Positions 10,320-21,273 are shown, counted from the first letter of the stretch. The stretch: DNA of 64,000 bases from Oligoflexales bacterium (GCA_041736175.1 JBGSUI010000240.1:32001-96000), one strand, 5' to 3'. Notes: a model not told the origin generated them from the sequence alone. Translations and numbers: made by a program.

Positions 10320-11492
10320 CTAAATAACGTCGTGCAACGTGGGATCTAAAACATTTCGTGGAAAGAGACGTAGAGTTTGCTCTATTTCGTTGAGATCGAT
10401 CCGAAAGCCTTCGGCTTCTTGATGGCCGACTACAAATCCATAGTGCTGTCCGTCCCTATCAGTCGTGCGCTTGATCACAGGACAAAATCGGAAAGGCGGC
10501 TGCAAAACGAAAACAGCTGCACCAGGCTGGAGGACCATAAGTCCATGAATAAGGTGGCTTCCTTCGACTCCCATAAGAATTTGCGCTCCAGCGCACGCAG
10601 TTAAGATCTTAGGGACGTCATCTTTAGTTACATCCACGACCCGCATGCCAAATTTACGCTGCATATGCTCCGCAACTTCTTTTTCATTGATGAGTTTGCG
10701 TTGTTTTCCAGAGTCGCCACGAATGATAAAGACCCCGGGATGGGGTTTTGGAGGGAAGTAACCACAAAGTCTCTCACGGAGTTTGTGAAATCGAACTTGT
10801 TTAGAATTATTCTGTAGTCGATCGTCAAAAATCACGAGTTCGCGGAAAAAGGCTGAATGGAGCCTTACTGGTCGCATATCTAGTAGTTTTTCATACGCTG
10901 ATTGATGGCTGCTCAGAGGTCGCGAGCTCGTAATCGGCAGGCCCTCATTGACTGCGAGTGGATAAAGGACACAATCGTCTTGGAGCCATAAACCAAAGAA
11001 CAAATTACCGTCGATCGTGCAGTGAACAGCACCTCGATCGATTTCCTGTTCGACCCGGTGCGGTAGGCCGACTTGAGACCTCGGGCAAACGCGATCGATA
11101 GACCCAGCCTTATAGAAACCACCATCGATGAGAAAGACCTCTTTTAATAAATAAGCCATCGTAGGCGCCTGGTAGCGCACAATGCCTCCGGCCATTTCAT
11201 ACTTGAGGCTTTCTTCGACTCCATGATCAACCCAATTGTAAGAGTAAGCTCGGCCGGTCACTCGTTCTAATTGATTGCTTAAGTAATAGGCAGGAAGGGT
11301 CGTCAGGTTTGAGCTTGGTGCCACTTCCCACGCCTTCGAGGCCAAACTTTTTAATGGCTTTTCTGGCAAACCAACGAACTGCTTTAACTTTCTCTCAATA
11401 AACCCCAGCAAAGGCTGAACAGTCCACCGAATTCTTGGCGTAGGCTCTGCAAACTTGACCCCGTTTTTATCATGCATAAGACTCGATTGCAT
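10320..11492 (-). CDS. glycosyltransferase family 61 (DUF563) protein
   Basis: VFIIRG..RKLINEKEV and ILMGVEGSHLIH motifs. Confidence 0.7.
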   Translation of the reverse strand: MQSSLMHDKNGVKFAEPTPRIRWTVQPLLGFIERKLKQFVGLPEKPLKSLASKAWEVAPSSNLTTLPAYYLSNQLERVTGRAYSYNWVDHGVEESLKYEMAGGIVRYQAPTMAYLLKEVFLIDGGFYKAGSIDRVCPRSQVGLPHRVEQEIDRGAVHCTIDGNLFFGLWLQDDCVLYPLAVNEGLPITSSRPLSSHQSAYEKLLDMRPVRLHSAFFRELVIFDDRLQNNSKQVRFHKLRERLCGYFPPKPHPGVFIIRGDSGKQRKLINEKEVAEHMQRKFGMRVVDVTKDDVPKILTACAGAQILMGVEGSHLIHGLMVLQPGAAVFVLQPPFRFCPVIKRTTDRDGQHYGFVVGHQEAEGFRIDLNEIEQTLRLFPRNVLDPTLHDVI

Positions 11493-11559
11493 TCATTAGT
11501 CATAGACTTTTATTTTTTGACAGGCCCTTACGGGCACAAGCGATGCTACGCTACACAAT

Positions 11560-12447
11560 CTACATAAGTAGTTTAGTGATTTCATCATAAGTAGAGCCTT
11601 GACGAACGGCTATAAAGTCATGGGCCACCGTCGGTGTCGAAGGGAGAAATGGCTTAATTTTCATTTTTAATTTTGCCTTCGGAAGACTAAGAAAGTTGTA
11701 ACCATAGCTACCTAGAATAGCAAAGCTAGGATCATTCGATTTGTCAGGTAGGTTAGACTCGAACAATATTACATCAGGCTTGTTGAGTTCGAAGACCTCT
11801 TTGGCGCCTTTAAGCACTTCCGGTTCAAATCCTTCAACATCAATTTTAATTAAACGAATTTTCTGAATGAATTTTCCTCGCCGCATGATATCCGATAAAG
11901 TTTCTACCGGAACGGAGCATGATTCACAATTCTCACCCTGGTAATTCTGGACAAGGGAGGAACGCCCAAAGTGCCCTTGGGGAATATTTAATGTCAACAA
12001 CCCTGGAGATGCACCTAAAGCTATTGGAAACAGCTCGATGTTGTTTATTCCGTTTTTTTCAATCGCTTTTCGTATCAGTGTCTGCATGTACGGTATCGGC
12101 TCAAATGCCAAAACTTTACCCGAGGGTTGAACCAGCTTGGCTAAAATCATACTAATCAAACCAAGATTCGCCCCAATATCAAGGACAAGATCCCCAGGCC
12201 GAACGACTTTAGATATCACCCAAGTGATTTTTCGATCTAGCTCTCCAGAGTAATAAACCGCTCTACCAACATAATCATCCAGAGGTGCCGGGGCAAAATA
12301 ACCACCATGGACTTTGGCCCAAGCTAGCTCTTTACTCTCACCAGCCAACTTTAATACCAGAGCATGGTTAGCAAGGGAACCACTGCCACTGTACAAAGGA
12401 TAGAGTCTCAAAACCTTTGACATAACAATTTGTCTAAAAGTGGGCAT
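11560..12447 (-). CDS. FkbM family methyltransferase
   Basis: LDIGANLG, AFEP and IKIDVEGFE motifs. Confidence 0.9.
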   Translation of the reverse strand: MPTFRQIVMSKVLRLYPLYSGSGSLANHALVLKLAGESKELAWAKVHGGYFAPAPLDDYVGRAVYYSGELDRKITWVISKVVRPGDLVLDIGANLGLISMILAKLVQPSGKVLAFEPIPYMQTLIRKAIEKNGINNIELFPIALGASPGLLTLNIPQGHFGRSSLVQNYQGENCESCSVPVETLSDIMRRGKFIQKIRLIKIDVEGFEPEVLKGAKEVFELNKPDVILFESNLPDKSNDPSFAILGSYGYNFLSLPKAKLKMKIKPFLPSTPTVAHDFIAVRQGSTYDEITKLLM

Positions 12448-12748
12448 GATCTTCCTTTATTGATTTTGTATTGATACTATTATAGCAGACCATTGAGCCG
12501 TGCCAACACCCTTCATAGAAGGTCAAACCGGTGACGAGGACCTATAGGCGGGCACCTGCTGCTACACTAAAAAGGACGTAGGTAACGATCTGTAGGCAAG
12601 AGAAAATAAACGGTATTTGTTTAAAATCGTGAGGATTATTTGGGACTTTACCAGCGTCATTCGTCCCAAAGTTACATGAAACCCTCCCTAAAACTGAGGC
12701 AGCAGGTTTTTGCGTTGATCATATCTTCGAATACTTATCGGAGAGCAT

Positions 12749-13471
12749 TCATAATATTTGGTTTAGGAACTGAATCGTCCTTGGCGACTTTGGGGCCTGA
12801 AAAAAATCTTGTGGCGGAGCTACTTCGACGATCTCCCCTTGGTCCATAAAAATCACTTTATCGGCGATGCGTTTGGCAAAAGACATTTCATGGGTGACAC
12901 AAATCATCGTAATCCCTGTTTCGGCAAGCTCGATCATGACGTCTAGTACTTCTTTGATCATCTCTGGGTCAAGGGCCGAGGTGGGTTCATCAAACAGCAA
13001 AACTTGGGGAGACATGCAGAGGGAACGCGCAATCGCGACCCGCTGTTTCTGGCCACCAGATAACTGCTCGGGATATTTATGGGCTTGGTCACTAATATGC
13101 ACCCGCTTAAGAAAACCCATGGCCTTGGTCTCGGCCTCCTTGCGTGACATTCCTTGAACCCATTGGGGAGCAAGACAAAGATTATCTAAGATTGAAAGAT
13201 GGGGAAAAAGGTTAAACTGTTGAAAAACCATCCCCACTTTTTTGCGGACCTCTAGGAGATGTCTAGGATGTTCGTCAACAAGGTTACCATCAACCCAAAC
13301 CTCTCCTTGTTGGTAGTCTTCAAGGCCATTGATGCAACGTATCAAGGTTGACTTGCCAGAGCCGGAAGGGCCGCAGATCACTATTTTTTCGCCCCGACCC
13401 ACTTCTAAATTAATCCCTTTAAGGACCTCAAAGGTTCCATACCATTTTCTAAGGTTTTTAATATCAATCAT
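12749..13471 (-). CDS. aapP: amino acid ABC transporter ATPase
   Basis: [17 protein letters not shown] and [11 protein letters not shown] motifs; last gene of an aapJQMP-type operon. Confidence 0.9.
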   Translation of the reverse strand: MIDIKNLRKWYGTFEVLKGINLEVGRGEKIVICGPSGSGKSTLIRCINGLEDYQQGEVWVDGNLVDEHPRHLLEVRKKVGMVFQQFNLFPHLSILDNLCLAPQWVQGMSRKEAETKAMGFLKRVHISDQAHKYPEQLSGGQKQRVAIARSLCMSPQVLLFDEPTSALDPEMIKEVLDVMIELAETGITMICVTHEMSFAKRIADKVIFMDQGEIVEVAPPQDFFQAPKSPRTIQFLNQIL

Positions 13472-13523
13472 AGTTGCGTCTCGCCTGTCTTTTTTTGGAG
13501 TTCACTAAATCTATATTTAGAGC

Positions 13524-14603
13524 CTACATCGAGGCTGCATGATTCCTTTGCAAACGCGCCTCTAAGCGCAAACTGGTCTGCGACATGGAAAAGCAAAACA
13601 CCCAATAGACAACCCCTGCAAAAAAATACCCTTCATAGGTGCAGCCAAGCCACTGGGAATCGGTAGAAGCCGCCTGAATCATCCCCATAAGATCAAACAT
13701 CCCGATAACGAGCACCAGGGATGTATCCTTAAAGAGGCCAATAAAAGTATTTACGATTCCCGGAATCGACATCTTAAGTGCCTGTGGTAAAACCACGAGC
13801 ATCATCGTCCGCACCCATCCAAGGCCGAGGGAATAGGCTGCCTCATATTGGCCTCTCGCAACGCCATTGAGGCCAGCCCGCACCACCTCAGCCATATAGG
13901 CCGAGGCAAAAAGAGTCACGCCTATCACGGCCCGCAACAGCTTGTCCACATCCATCTCCTTAGGCAGAAAGAGTGGAATCATGACCGAAGAAAAAAACAA
14001 AATCGTTACAAGGGGCACACCTCTCCAGAGTTCGATAAAGGCAACGCTTACCTTGTTGACAAAAGGTTTCTTCGACCTCCTACCTAGCGCCAGGATAATC
14101 CCCAAGGGTAAGGACCAAAAAATCCCGCAGAGAGATATAAAAAGTGTTAGGAGAAGTCCCCCCCACTCCGCCGTATCAACCGCCGCCAGACCCCATCTTC
14201 CACCCTTTAAAATCACCCATCCAAAGAGGGGAAATCCTAAGACGCCCCCGGTTAACACCCCAAACCGCCGCGGCCAGCTTCCTCTAAATAAAAGCGCTCC
14301 TAAGACAAAAAACAAAGGCCATAAAGGTAAAAGGGCCAGCCTCCACCGTTCATGTTCAGGGTAAAATCCAACCATAAACTGCCCCATGCGGGACCAAACA
14401 AAAGGCCAACAGGCTCCTTCTCCTGTACAGTCGCTACGGTTCATCCCCACAAAGGTAGCGTCCCAGACAAGCCAGTTCCATAAACCCGGAAGAATCCATA
14501 AACAAAGTCCCACGATTATAGCTGTGATAATCCAGTCGAGGGGAGTCTTCAAAAGGTTTTTGCGCAGCCACGGGACAAGATTTTCACTCTTAGCCAAGGT
14601 CAT
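13524..14603 (-). CDS. aapM: amino acid ABC transporter permease
   Basis: GACW and RGVPL motifs plus the EAA loop. Confidence 0.85.
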   Translation of the reverse strand: MTLAKSENLVPWLRKNLLKTPLDWIITAIIVGLCLWILPGLWNWLVWDATFVGMNRSDCTGEGACWPFVWSRMGQFMVGFYPEHERWRLALLPLWPLFFVLGALLFRGSWPRRFGVLTGGVLGFPLFGWVILKGGRWGLAAVDTAEWGGLLLTLFISLCGIFWSLPLGIILALGRRSKKPFVNKVSVAFIELWRGVPLVTILFFSSVMIPLFLPKEMDVDKLLRAVIGVTLFASAYMAEVVRAGLNGVARGQYEAAYSLGLGWVRTMMLVVLPQALKMSIPGIVNTFIGLFKDTSLVLVIGMFDLMGMIQAASTDSQWLGCTYEGYFFAGVVYWVFCFSMSQTSLRLEARLQRNHAASM

Positions 14604-15591
14604 GGGTCGCCCACCTTTTTTGCAGCAACCATAGGCTCAAAGCTATGAGAAGGCTTAGACCGAGGTATACCGCCATCGTCAAAAGCATGACCTCCACGGC
14701 TTGACCAGTTTGCATCAGAACGGTTCCCGCAAAAATAAGAACCAGATCTGGATAGGCGATGGCCGCCGCTAGGGAGGTGTTTTTTGTCGTATTTAAATAT
14801 TGACTCGTCAGCGGCGGCAGAATCACGCTCCGAGCCTGAGGGATAACGACTAGACGTAATGTTTGAAACCTAGTCAGACCGAGAGCCAAGGCCGCCTCCC
14901 ATTGGCCGCGACTCACCGCCAAAATACCTCCCCGTATGATCTCCCCAATAAAAGCCGCTGAATAAAGGGAGAGAGTTAAGACGAGAGCCACCAATTCGGG
15001 AAGGATCACCAACCCACCGGTAAAGTTAAACCCCTCCAGTTGGGGCACACTCCACCCTCCTCCCCGAAATGAGTAGGTGGGGATCGATAAACCCCGGATG
15101 TTGAGGTAGATGACTCCTCCCAGCGAATAACTCTCCCTGGGTGACGGCAAAGATCGCAAAACCCCGAAGTACCAGAAAAACAACTGGAGCAACAAAGGAA
15201 TATTGCGGATCACCTCGATATAAACCCTGCCCAGCAAGCGTACGAGAAGATTTTGGGAAAAAGCTGCAAGGCCGATCAAAACTCCTCCAACACTTCCGCC
15301 GATGATTCCCAAGATCGCCACTAATAAGGTATTGAGCAGCGCAACCCAAAAGGCATCTCCGTAGGTAGAACTTTCACCGTAAGGAATCAGATGCTGGGTG
15401 ATTCCAAAACCGGCAGTACGATCCCAAAAGCCAAAACCCGAGGCTATGGACTGCCGCTGGAGGTTTTCGAGGGCATTTTGGCCCCCGACATAAAATCCTG
15501 CGAGGATGATCGCCAGAAGTAGAACCTGCAACCAAATGCTGACCCATGATACCTTTCTTGGACGCCGGATATGGGGCTGACTTTGTGACAA
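14590..15591 (-). CDS. aapQ: amino acid ABC transporter permease
   Basis: SGFGF..TAGF, RNIPLLLQL and YLNTTKNTSLA motifs. Confidence 0.85.
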   Translation of the reverse strand: MSQSQPHIRRPRKVSWVSIWLQVLLLAIILAGFYVGGQNALENLQRQSIASGFGFWDRTAGFGITQHLIPYGESSTYGDAFWVALLNTLLVAILGIIGGSVGGVLIGLAAFSQNLLVRLLGRVYIEVIRNIPLLLQLFFWYFGVLRSLPSPRESYSLGGVIYLNIRGLSIPTYSFRGGGWSVPQLEGFNFTGGLVILPELVALVLTLSLYSAAFIGEIIRGGILAVSRGQWEAALALGLTRFQTLRLVVIPQARSVILPPLTSQYLNTTKNTSLAAAIAYPDLVLIFAGTVLMQTGQAVEVMLLTMAVYLGLSLLIALSLWLLQKRWATHDLG

Positions 15592-15629
15592 AGGAAGCTC
15601 TTTAAAAAGGAGGTTGATCAGTGGAGGTT

Positions 15630-16652
15630 TTAACGGACCGGCATTGGATAGTGAAGACCGCCTTTATTCCATAGGGCATTCATACCCCTGGCGATTTTAA
15701 GGGGTGTGGCTTCGCCGAGATTCCGCTCAAAAACCTCGCCATAGCTACCTACTTGTTTGACAATTGACAACGCCCAATCCGGCCGTAGTCCCAAATCCTT
15801 TCCTACTTCACCCTCAGCCCCTAAAAAACGCCTGACTCCAGGATTTTTACTTGTTTTCAGCTCTCCGTCAATATTTTGACTGGTTAGGCCAAGTTCTTCA
15901 GCCTCCAATAAAGCAAACAAGGTCCAACGCACGATGTCGGCCCATTGATTATCACCATGGCGGACGGCAGGTCCCAAGGGTTCTTTAGAGATCACCTCGC
16001 TGAGCACCATATGATCCGCTGGCTGCTTGAGCTTTGTGCGACTCGCATAAAGTCCAGACTGGTCGGCAGAGAGGACGTCACACCGCCCGGCCTCGTAGGC
16101 AGCCACCACCTCGTCATTTTTCTCAAAGACAACCAGTTTATATTTCATATTTTTGGCGCGAAAAAAGTCGGCGATATTGAGTTCGGTTGTCGTGCCGGTT
16201 TGGGTGCAGATAGTCGCCCCTGCCAGTTCCGTTACCGCTTTAACTCCGGCCTTTTTGGAAACCATAAATCCCTGCCCGTCATAGTAAAGGACTGCCGGAA
16301 AATCCAACCCTAGGGATGCATCCCTTACAAGGGTCCAGCTTGTGTTGCGCGAAAGCAGATCGATTTCTCCAGTCTGCAATGCAGTAAACCTTTCTTTAGC
16401 TGACAGGGGCCGGTATTTGACTTTAGTCCCATCACCTAAGACGGCGACTGCAACTGCTCGGCAGAGATCCACATCGATTCCCGACCAAGAGTTTTTGCTA
16501 TCCGGGGCCGAAAAACCCGCAAGGCCCTGGCTGACTCCGCAGTGGAGTACCCCCCGCTTTTTCACAACCTCGAGAGTGTTGGGAGCTGCTATTCCATGGG
16601 TAGCCAGAAATATCAATGATATGACCAAAAAACAGAAAAAGGAGTGCGGCAT
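15630..16652 (-). CDS. aapJ: general L-amino acid-binding periplasmic protein
   Basis: CGVSQGLAGF, LSRNTSWT and SKEPLGP motifs; ATG at 16652 preceded by GGAGA. Confidence 0.9.
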   Translation of the reverse strand: MPHSFFCFLVISLIFLATHGIAAPNTLEVVKKRGVLHCGVSQGLAGFSAPDSKNSWSGIDVDLCRAVAVAVLGDGTKVKYRPLSAKERFTALQTGEIDLLSRNTSWTLVRDASLGLDFPAVLYYDGQGFMVSKKAGVKAVTELAGATICTQTGTTTELNIADFFRAKNMKYKLVVFEKNDEVVAAYEAGRCDVLSADQSGLYASRTKLKQPADHMVLSEVISKEPLGPAVRHGDNQWADIVRWTLFALLEAEELGLTSQNIDGELKTSKNPGVRRFLGAEGEVGKDLGLRPDWALSIVKQVGSYGEVFERNLGEATPLKIARGMNALWNKGGLHYPMPVR

Positions 16653-16781
16653 GGTTTCTCCTAGTAAACTTATGCAAGAGGGCCCCGAAAGTGCTGGAAG
16701 GTCTCGATTTCCAAACAAGACCCCATCTCTACCAAAGAGTTGTCCTGGATTCCAGCACTAATAGCACGATGGTATCCAAAC

Positions 16782-18143
16782 TTAAGGAACAACCTTGCAG
16801 CTCTGACCGTTCTCCCAGCCCCAACCGTCTCCATCTACGTCGGAGGTTTGCGACCTGCAGGGGACCCAAGGAGTGGCACCAGACAAAATTTGGTTGATGT
16901 CCGTTTTGCGATTCATCACCACTCGCCTGAGGCTCTCATAAGACTTTTTCGGCTCACCCTCTTCATACCACCCCGGGACATGACTTGCAGGGTAGTAAGC
17001 CAAGCTATCGATGCGGGCCAAGATACTTTTTTCATCCCAAACAATGGTTAAATAGTAGCTGATGGCATCTTTGAGGTATTGAAAGTATCGAGGGTTTTGC
17101 AAAATTTTTTGGGTCAATCGATGGCTGCGAAAGAAAACTTGGTTGTATGGTACTCCACTGCCTTTTGGATCCACATAATCTGTCAAAACCTGGTCCATAC
17201 CCCGTGGAAACATCATGGCCCGGCCGTTTCTGGGATAAAAATATATAAATGAATTGTTTCGACTCTGAGTAAAACCGTCCCAGTGAACCAAGATTATCTC
17301 CATGGCCCAAAAACGAATAAACTGCTCTATATCCAGGTGCTTTCCAATTTCTGTTAGGTCTGGGCTCTGGTCCCTGAGGACGGCCTGGATCAAGGCGTTC
17401 AAATCGGTGAGACTGTTATCTTCGGGGACCTTAAAACTATCGAGATTTCTTTTAAATCGACTGAGGGCCCATACATCCAGGTCTTCCCCAGCGACTTCAT
17501 AGAGATTACCGATCGGGGACCCTAGGTTTCGTGTTAAAAACTCCCTGTCATATGGCTCCAGATTGACGTACAGGCCAATCTTTTTGTTGTTGGCCCACAC
17601 TTCAATAAAATTGCAATACTGTTTAGGAAAGCCCGCTTTCCCTAAAATCTCGCTGACCAGGCATTGACGAATGAGCGAAGGGTCCTGAACCGAGTTTTTT
17701 AAAACCAGCTCTGTGGTTCCTGTCAGAGCTAACGCAGCCGTTTTAGCTGCCTGGTTGAATTTGGTGAGGTTTAATTTAAGATTCGGCTTGGTGTCTGAAT
17801 AGGAGCCACAAAACGAACTCTTTTTGATGGCGGCATTGGCAAAGGTAACACCATTGATTTTAACGGTAGGGGCGTTGAACGTGTCGAAATGATCACCCAC
17901 ATAATCGAAGTTACACCGACCACCTTTGGGCTGCTGGGTAGCCAGTTTGGCCCAGTCAGGGATCCAGATTTCTATCTTTTGAAGCTTGGAAACATCATAA
18001 AAAAAAGCCCGGGACGAGTTCCCGGAGTCCACTGCAGCGAGTTCGTTTTCCGAACCAGGATTCGATCCAGGTCTGCAACCAAAGATTCCACTCAGTATCA
18101 CAGACCCGAGGAGGATCTTGAACCTTGAAATACGCATCATCAT
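16782..18143 (-). CDS. CotH-family kinase lipoprotein with a C-terminal CBM10-like module
   Basis: Lipobox IFGC; KKSSF..KPNLK, LKNSVQD, GLYVNLE, HWDG..NN and PRGMD motifs; C-terminal C..SDVDGDGWGWENGQSC. Confidence 0.75.
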   Translation of the reverse strand: MMMRISRFKILLGSVILSGIFGCRPGSNPGSENELAAVDSGNSSRAFFYDVSKLQKIEIWIPDWAKLATQQPKGGRCNFDYVGDHFDTFNAPTVKINGVTFANAAIKKSSFCGSYSDTKPNLKLNLTKFNQAAKTAALALTGTTELVLKNSVQDPSLIRQCLVSEILGKAGFPKQYCNFIEVWANNKKIGLYVNLEPYDREFLTRNLGSPIGNLYEVAGEDLDVWALSRFKRNLDSFKVPEDNSLTDLNALIQAVLRDQSPDLTEIGKHLDIEQFIRFWAMEIILVHWDGFTQSRNNSFIYFYPRNGRAMMFPRGMDQVLTDYVDPKGSGVPYNQVFFRSHRLTQKILQNPRYFQYLKDAISYYLTIVWDEKSILARIDSLAYYPASHVPGWYEEGEPKKSYESLRRVVMNRKTDINQILSGATPWVPCRSQTSDVDGDGWGWENGQSCKVVP

Positions 18144-18266
18144 TTTGGCGCCCTTTATCAGCAGAAATTTAACAGTCTTTTACGAGACTACGGCTGGAAA
18201 TAGCCAGAACCGAGCCCTCGGTAGGACCTAGCGCCTGCCTACCTAAAAATCAAGACCTATTATGGT

Positions 18267-19223
18267 TTAAAAGAGCTCCCAAATCTCCTGAAAGAGCTTG
18301 GGGTCTCTAATAAATCCAAGATGGGGCTCAAAATCGGGACCAGTATAAGACTTCTGAATATTCTTAACCTGATCGATTGGACTCGAATGGAGCAGATTGT
18401 AGTTGGTTTGATAATAATTCACCCACGGTTTTGCGGGCTTAATTTTGTCAAGGTTCGGCTGTGAAATATCTCGGGGTGCTCGCACACATCCAGGTTGGGG
18501 AATACCCGAAAACAGCACATCGATAAATCCTTGGGGCGTACACTCCACCTTGCTGATAGGATCAAGAGTCACCATGACATGAAGTTTAAATTGCGGATCG
18601 AGAAGAGGTGCTAATTTCATCGCTGTCCAACCTCCATAGGAGTGGCCCACAAGGCCAATACGCACCGAATGATGGCCCTTAAGAGAAGTATTGATAAACT
18701 TTGCCATCTCCTCTACCGATGGGGCCGCACCGTGTTTAGGTTGGTGGTCCCAGCTAAAATGAATCTTGTTTGGATCGGTTCCGTAGCAAGACAAAAAAAG
18801 CAGTTTGGTTTCTCCGGATTCAGGTTTGACATTGGCCTTTAAAAAGCCGCCGATCTCAGTCATCGCCTGGTCTAACGGTGTCTCAGGATCGTCGCAGCTA
18901 GTGTATCCACCGAGAACCAAAAGAGCCAAGACTTTTTCTGATTTTTCGAGAGAAGCAACGTCGTCATCTCCTTCGGATGAGCGCGACGAAGAACTTGAAG
19001 GAATCACAGGATTCTTTTCACTACCGCCACTGGAAGTCGGTGAGGTCGCAGAAACCGGATTTCCAGATGGGTCCAGGGAGGCTTGGTCGTTACCGGCACT
19101 CTGCCCCCTAAGGTCCACGGGGTCGTCTTTTCCACAGGAAGATAAAATCCCTGCTAACGCTAATAAAACTAAAACTTCGGTTAGGTTTCGCAAACGGGGT
19201 TTAGGGACCACAACCATAGGCAC
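18267..19223 (-). CDS. alpha/beta-hydrolase lipoprotein
   Basis: Lipobox LSSC, Ser-rich linker, GHSYGG nucleophile elbow and TLDPI. Confidence 0.75.
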   Translation of the reverse strand: MPMVVVPKPRLRNLTEVLVLLALAGILSSCGKDDPVDLRGQSAGNDQASLDPSGNPVSATSPTSSGGSEKNPVIPSSSSSRSSEGDDDVASLEKSEKVLALLVLGGYTSCDDPETPLDQAMTEIGGFLKANVKPESGETKLLFLSCYGTDPNKIHFSWDHQPKHGAAPSVEEMAKFINTSLKGHHSVRIGLVGHSYGGWTAMKLAPLLDPQFKLHVMVTLDPISKVECTPQGFIDVLFSGIPQPGCVRAPRDISQPNLDKIKPAKPWVNYYQTNYNLLHSSPIDQVKNIQKSYTGPDFEPHLGFIRDPKLFQEIWELF

Positions 19224-19266
19224 TCCTGAGATACAGTTCTAATCCTCATTAATAAGGCTCGTGAAC

Positions 19267-19294
19267 TGTTCGGCTTATTTTGGTTAAGACTTTA
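19267..19294 (-). promoter_or_regulatory. sigma28/FliA-like promoter
   Basis: Minus strand reads TAAAG-N15-GCCGAACA upstream of the hydrolase gene. Confidence 0.5.
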
Positions 19295-19326
19295 ATTTAA
19301 TTATTTTTTAGAATATTTACAATGAC

Positions 19327-21114
19327 TTATTTGTTTACATTAAAACGATCCCGGTTCCCAAGAACAGCAAGCTGCTGGCACTGAGACTTTAAGACTAATG
19401 CAATATATTCATCGATAGACCAAAGATGGGCGACCGGGTTTGCGACAAAGTAAAGGGCAGTCGCTAAAACCGTAATATCTCTAAACTTATTACCATTTAT
19501 CTCATGACGCGCATCCCCCAAGATCGGGTGCTCAAGGTGTAGGTCTTGTTCAAGATCCACCAGTGTGCTGTGGATCGAAACAAAATTTAACAGAATTTTG
19601 CTGTAGGAATTGGTGACCAGATGTCCGGAGGGTTCCGACCGAAATTCGATTTTTGGTTTATAGAACTTTGCTTCTAGAGCCTGCCACACGGCAATCACCT
19701 GCTGGGTGAGATTAGCACCCCCACGGGAGCTTTGGTCCTCAGACAAACCAAAATCACTTGAGAGAGTCTTCGCAAAAAGTTGGGTGAGACTCTCCTGGTG
19801 CTTTGGTTGGGTACATAGATGACGCAAAGGCTTAGTGGCTTGACCAAAATAAAAGGGAACATCCTGCATCAGAAGATCGATTTTTGTCGGAAAAAACTTG
19901 TAGGGACTGGAGCTCGGCATCTTTTCGAGCAGATCAGGATGATCTGCCAAAAATTTAAACTCGACCACATCAGCAAGCATTTCGGCAAAGATGGGTGTTA
20001 GGGCAACTGGCAGGCGGGCCGATAGAAAGCTGTGGATCCAAGACTCGACCCTTGGGGTGTTTAAGGAAGCTTCGTTTTCTTTGACCACGATGGCTTGGTT
20101 TAATAAATCGGGAGTCAGCTCTATCGCTTGGCTAAGGGGCGCCGAAAAACCCGCCATCATCTGGTAGTGCCTATCAAAAGGGACAAGACTTGCTTGCCAG
20201 CCATGCCCCCAAAGATCGTGGACGATATACTTATCAACCTCCTGGAGAGGCAGAATAGAAACCATCCGACTTAGCAGAGATTTGACAGTGGCACGGTCCA
20301 TTTTGCATTTTTGCATCAAAGATTGGATCACGACAGGATCCATCTTTTCAAAATCAAAGGAGCCAAAGGCCGGAAATCTAGCAAATTGATCTTGTTTAAA
20401 TCTGCGGATCTCTTTTAGAAAAGTTGAGATTTGATCCCTGGCCTCAGAGGTTCGCTGGCTATGCCATGGAGTAAGCAGCTCGCCGTCGGCAAACGGTATA
20501 CAAAAGCTCCAAAGGGTACCGCTGGTGATCAGCTCAACCTCTCCGGCACAGAGCGGCACTGCGGGGTAAAAGGCCTGAAAGGCTTTGAGAACCTGCTCTT
20601 TTTGTGCGGCTCCTGAATGGTTTCTGATCTTAAAGTCATCAAGGAGAGACTCGATCACCAAACTCTTTTGTGCCGCAAGGACTAGACAGTCTTGGAGTCG
20701 ACCCTCGATGCGAACAATCGCTTCTGAACTGAGTTGAAAAGACGTGGCAAACTGTTTCCAATCAATCTTTGGCAACAAATCGGCATCGCTTGCGTGATGG
20801 CTCAAAGTTTCCGAGCCAGCAGTGTCCAATAGACCACGGGGCCCTAAGACCACCCGTGAGAGGAGTGTGGACTGGGCTACAGCCTCCACAAAGATTTCGT
20901 TGAGGTGGGGACGCTGGTCTTGAAACTGGTGATGGCGGTCTGCCTCCAGGAGAGTCCGTGCAGCCTTGAGGAGCTCTAGATGATTTGGAAAGAGGTCTTC
21001 CGGCTTCTCAAGCCTGTCTTCGAGATGTTTCAGGACAACCAAGAGCGGCTGCCAGAGATTTGGTAAAGACAAATTATTTATAGAGTTAGCGTCTAGGTGG
21101 ATAAGCTCCCCCAT
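19327..21114 (-). CDS. hypothetical protein with HDLWGH...AEMLAD motifs (zincin/M49-like?)
   Basis: 595-aa ORF with a good RBS; motif resemblance only. Confidence 0.6.
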   Translation of the reverse strand: MGELIHLDANSINNLSLPNLWQPLLVVLKHLEDRLEKPEDLFPNHLELLKAARTLLEADRHHQFQDQRPHLNEIFVEAVAQSTLLSRVVLGPRGLLDTAGSETLSHHASDADLLPKIDWKQFATSFQLSSEAIVRIEGRLQDCLVLAAQKSLVIESLLDDFKIRNHSGAAQKEQVLKAFQAFYPAVPLCAGEVELITSGTLWSFCIPFADGELLTPWHSQRTSEARDQISTFLKEIRRFKQDQFARFPAFGSFDFEKMDPVVIQSLMQKCKMDRATVKSLLSRMVSILPLQEVDKYIVHDLWGHGWQASLVPFDRHYQMMAGFSAPLSQAIELTPDLLNQAIVVKENEASLNTPRVESWIHSFLSARLPVALTPIFAEMLADVVEFKFLADHPDLLEKMPSSSPYKFFPTKIDLLMQDVPFYFGQATKPLRHLCTQPKHQESLTQLFAKTLSSDFGLSEDQSSRGGANLTQQVIAVWQALEAKFYKPKIEFRSEPSGHLVTNSYSKILLNFVSIHSTLVDLEQDLHLEHPILGDARHEINGNKFRDITVLATALYFVANPVAHLWSIDEYIALVLKSQCQQLAVLGNRDRFNVNK

Positions 21115-21136
21115 TTAGTTCTCCCTTTTTTGGAAT

Positions 21137-21164
21137 TCTTCGGTTATCATTTTGGAGTACTTAG
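21137..21164 (-). promoter_or_regulatory. sigma28/FliA-like promoter
   Basis: Minus strand reads CTAAG-N15-ACCGAAGA upstream of 21114. Confidence 0.35.
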
Positions 21165-21273
21165 ACTCAAAGAGTAGGGACCTAACGGAGAGAATCTCTT
21201 AATAGGGTAACATAGGGCTTTTTAGGCAGATAGGGGCTCTAGGGTTTGTGATTGCCATGAGAAAGGTAAATGA

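Noticed and set aside
21115..21273. Guanidine riboswitch upstream of the ABC/TelA operon
   Set aside because: Neither the ykkC 3' signature nor twin ACG(A/G) hairpins are visible.
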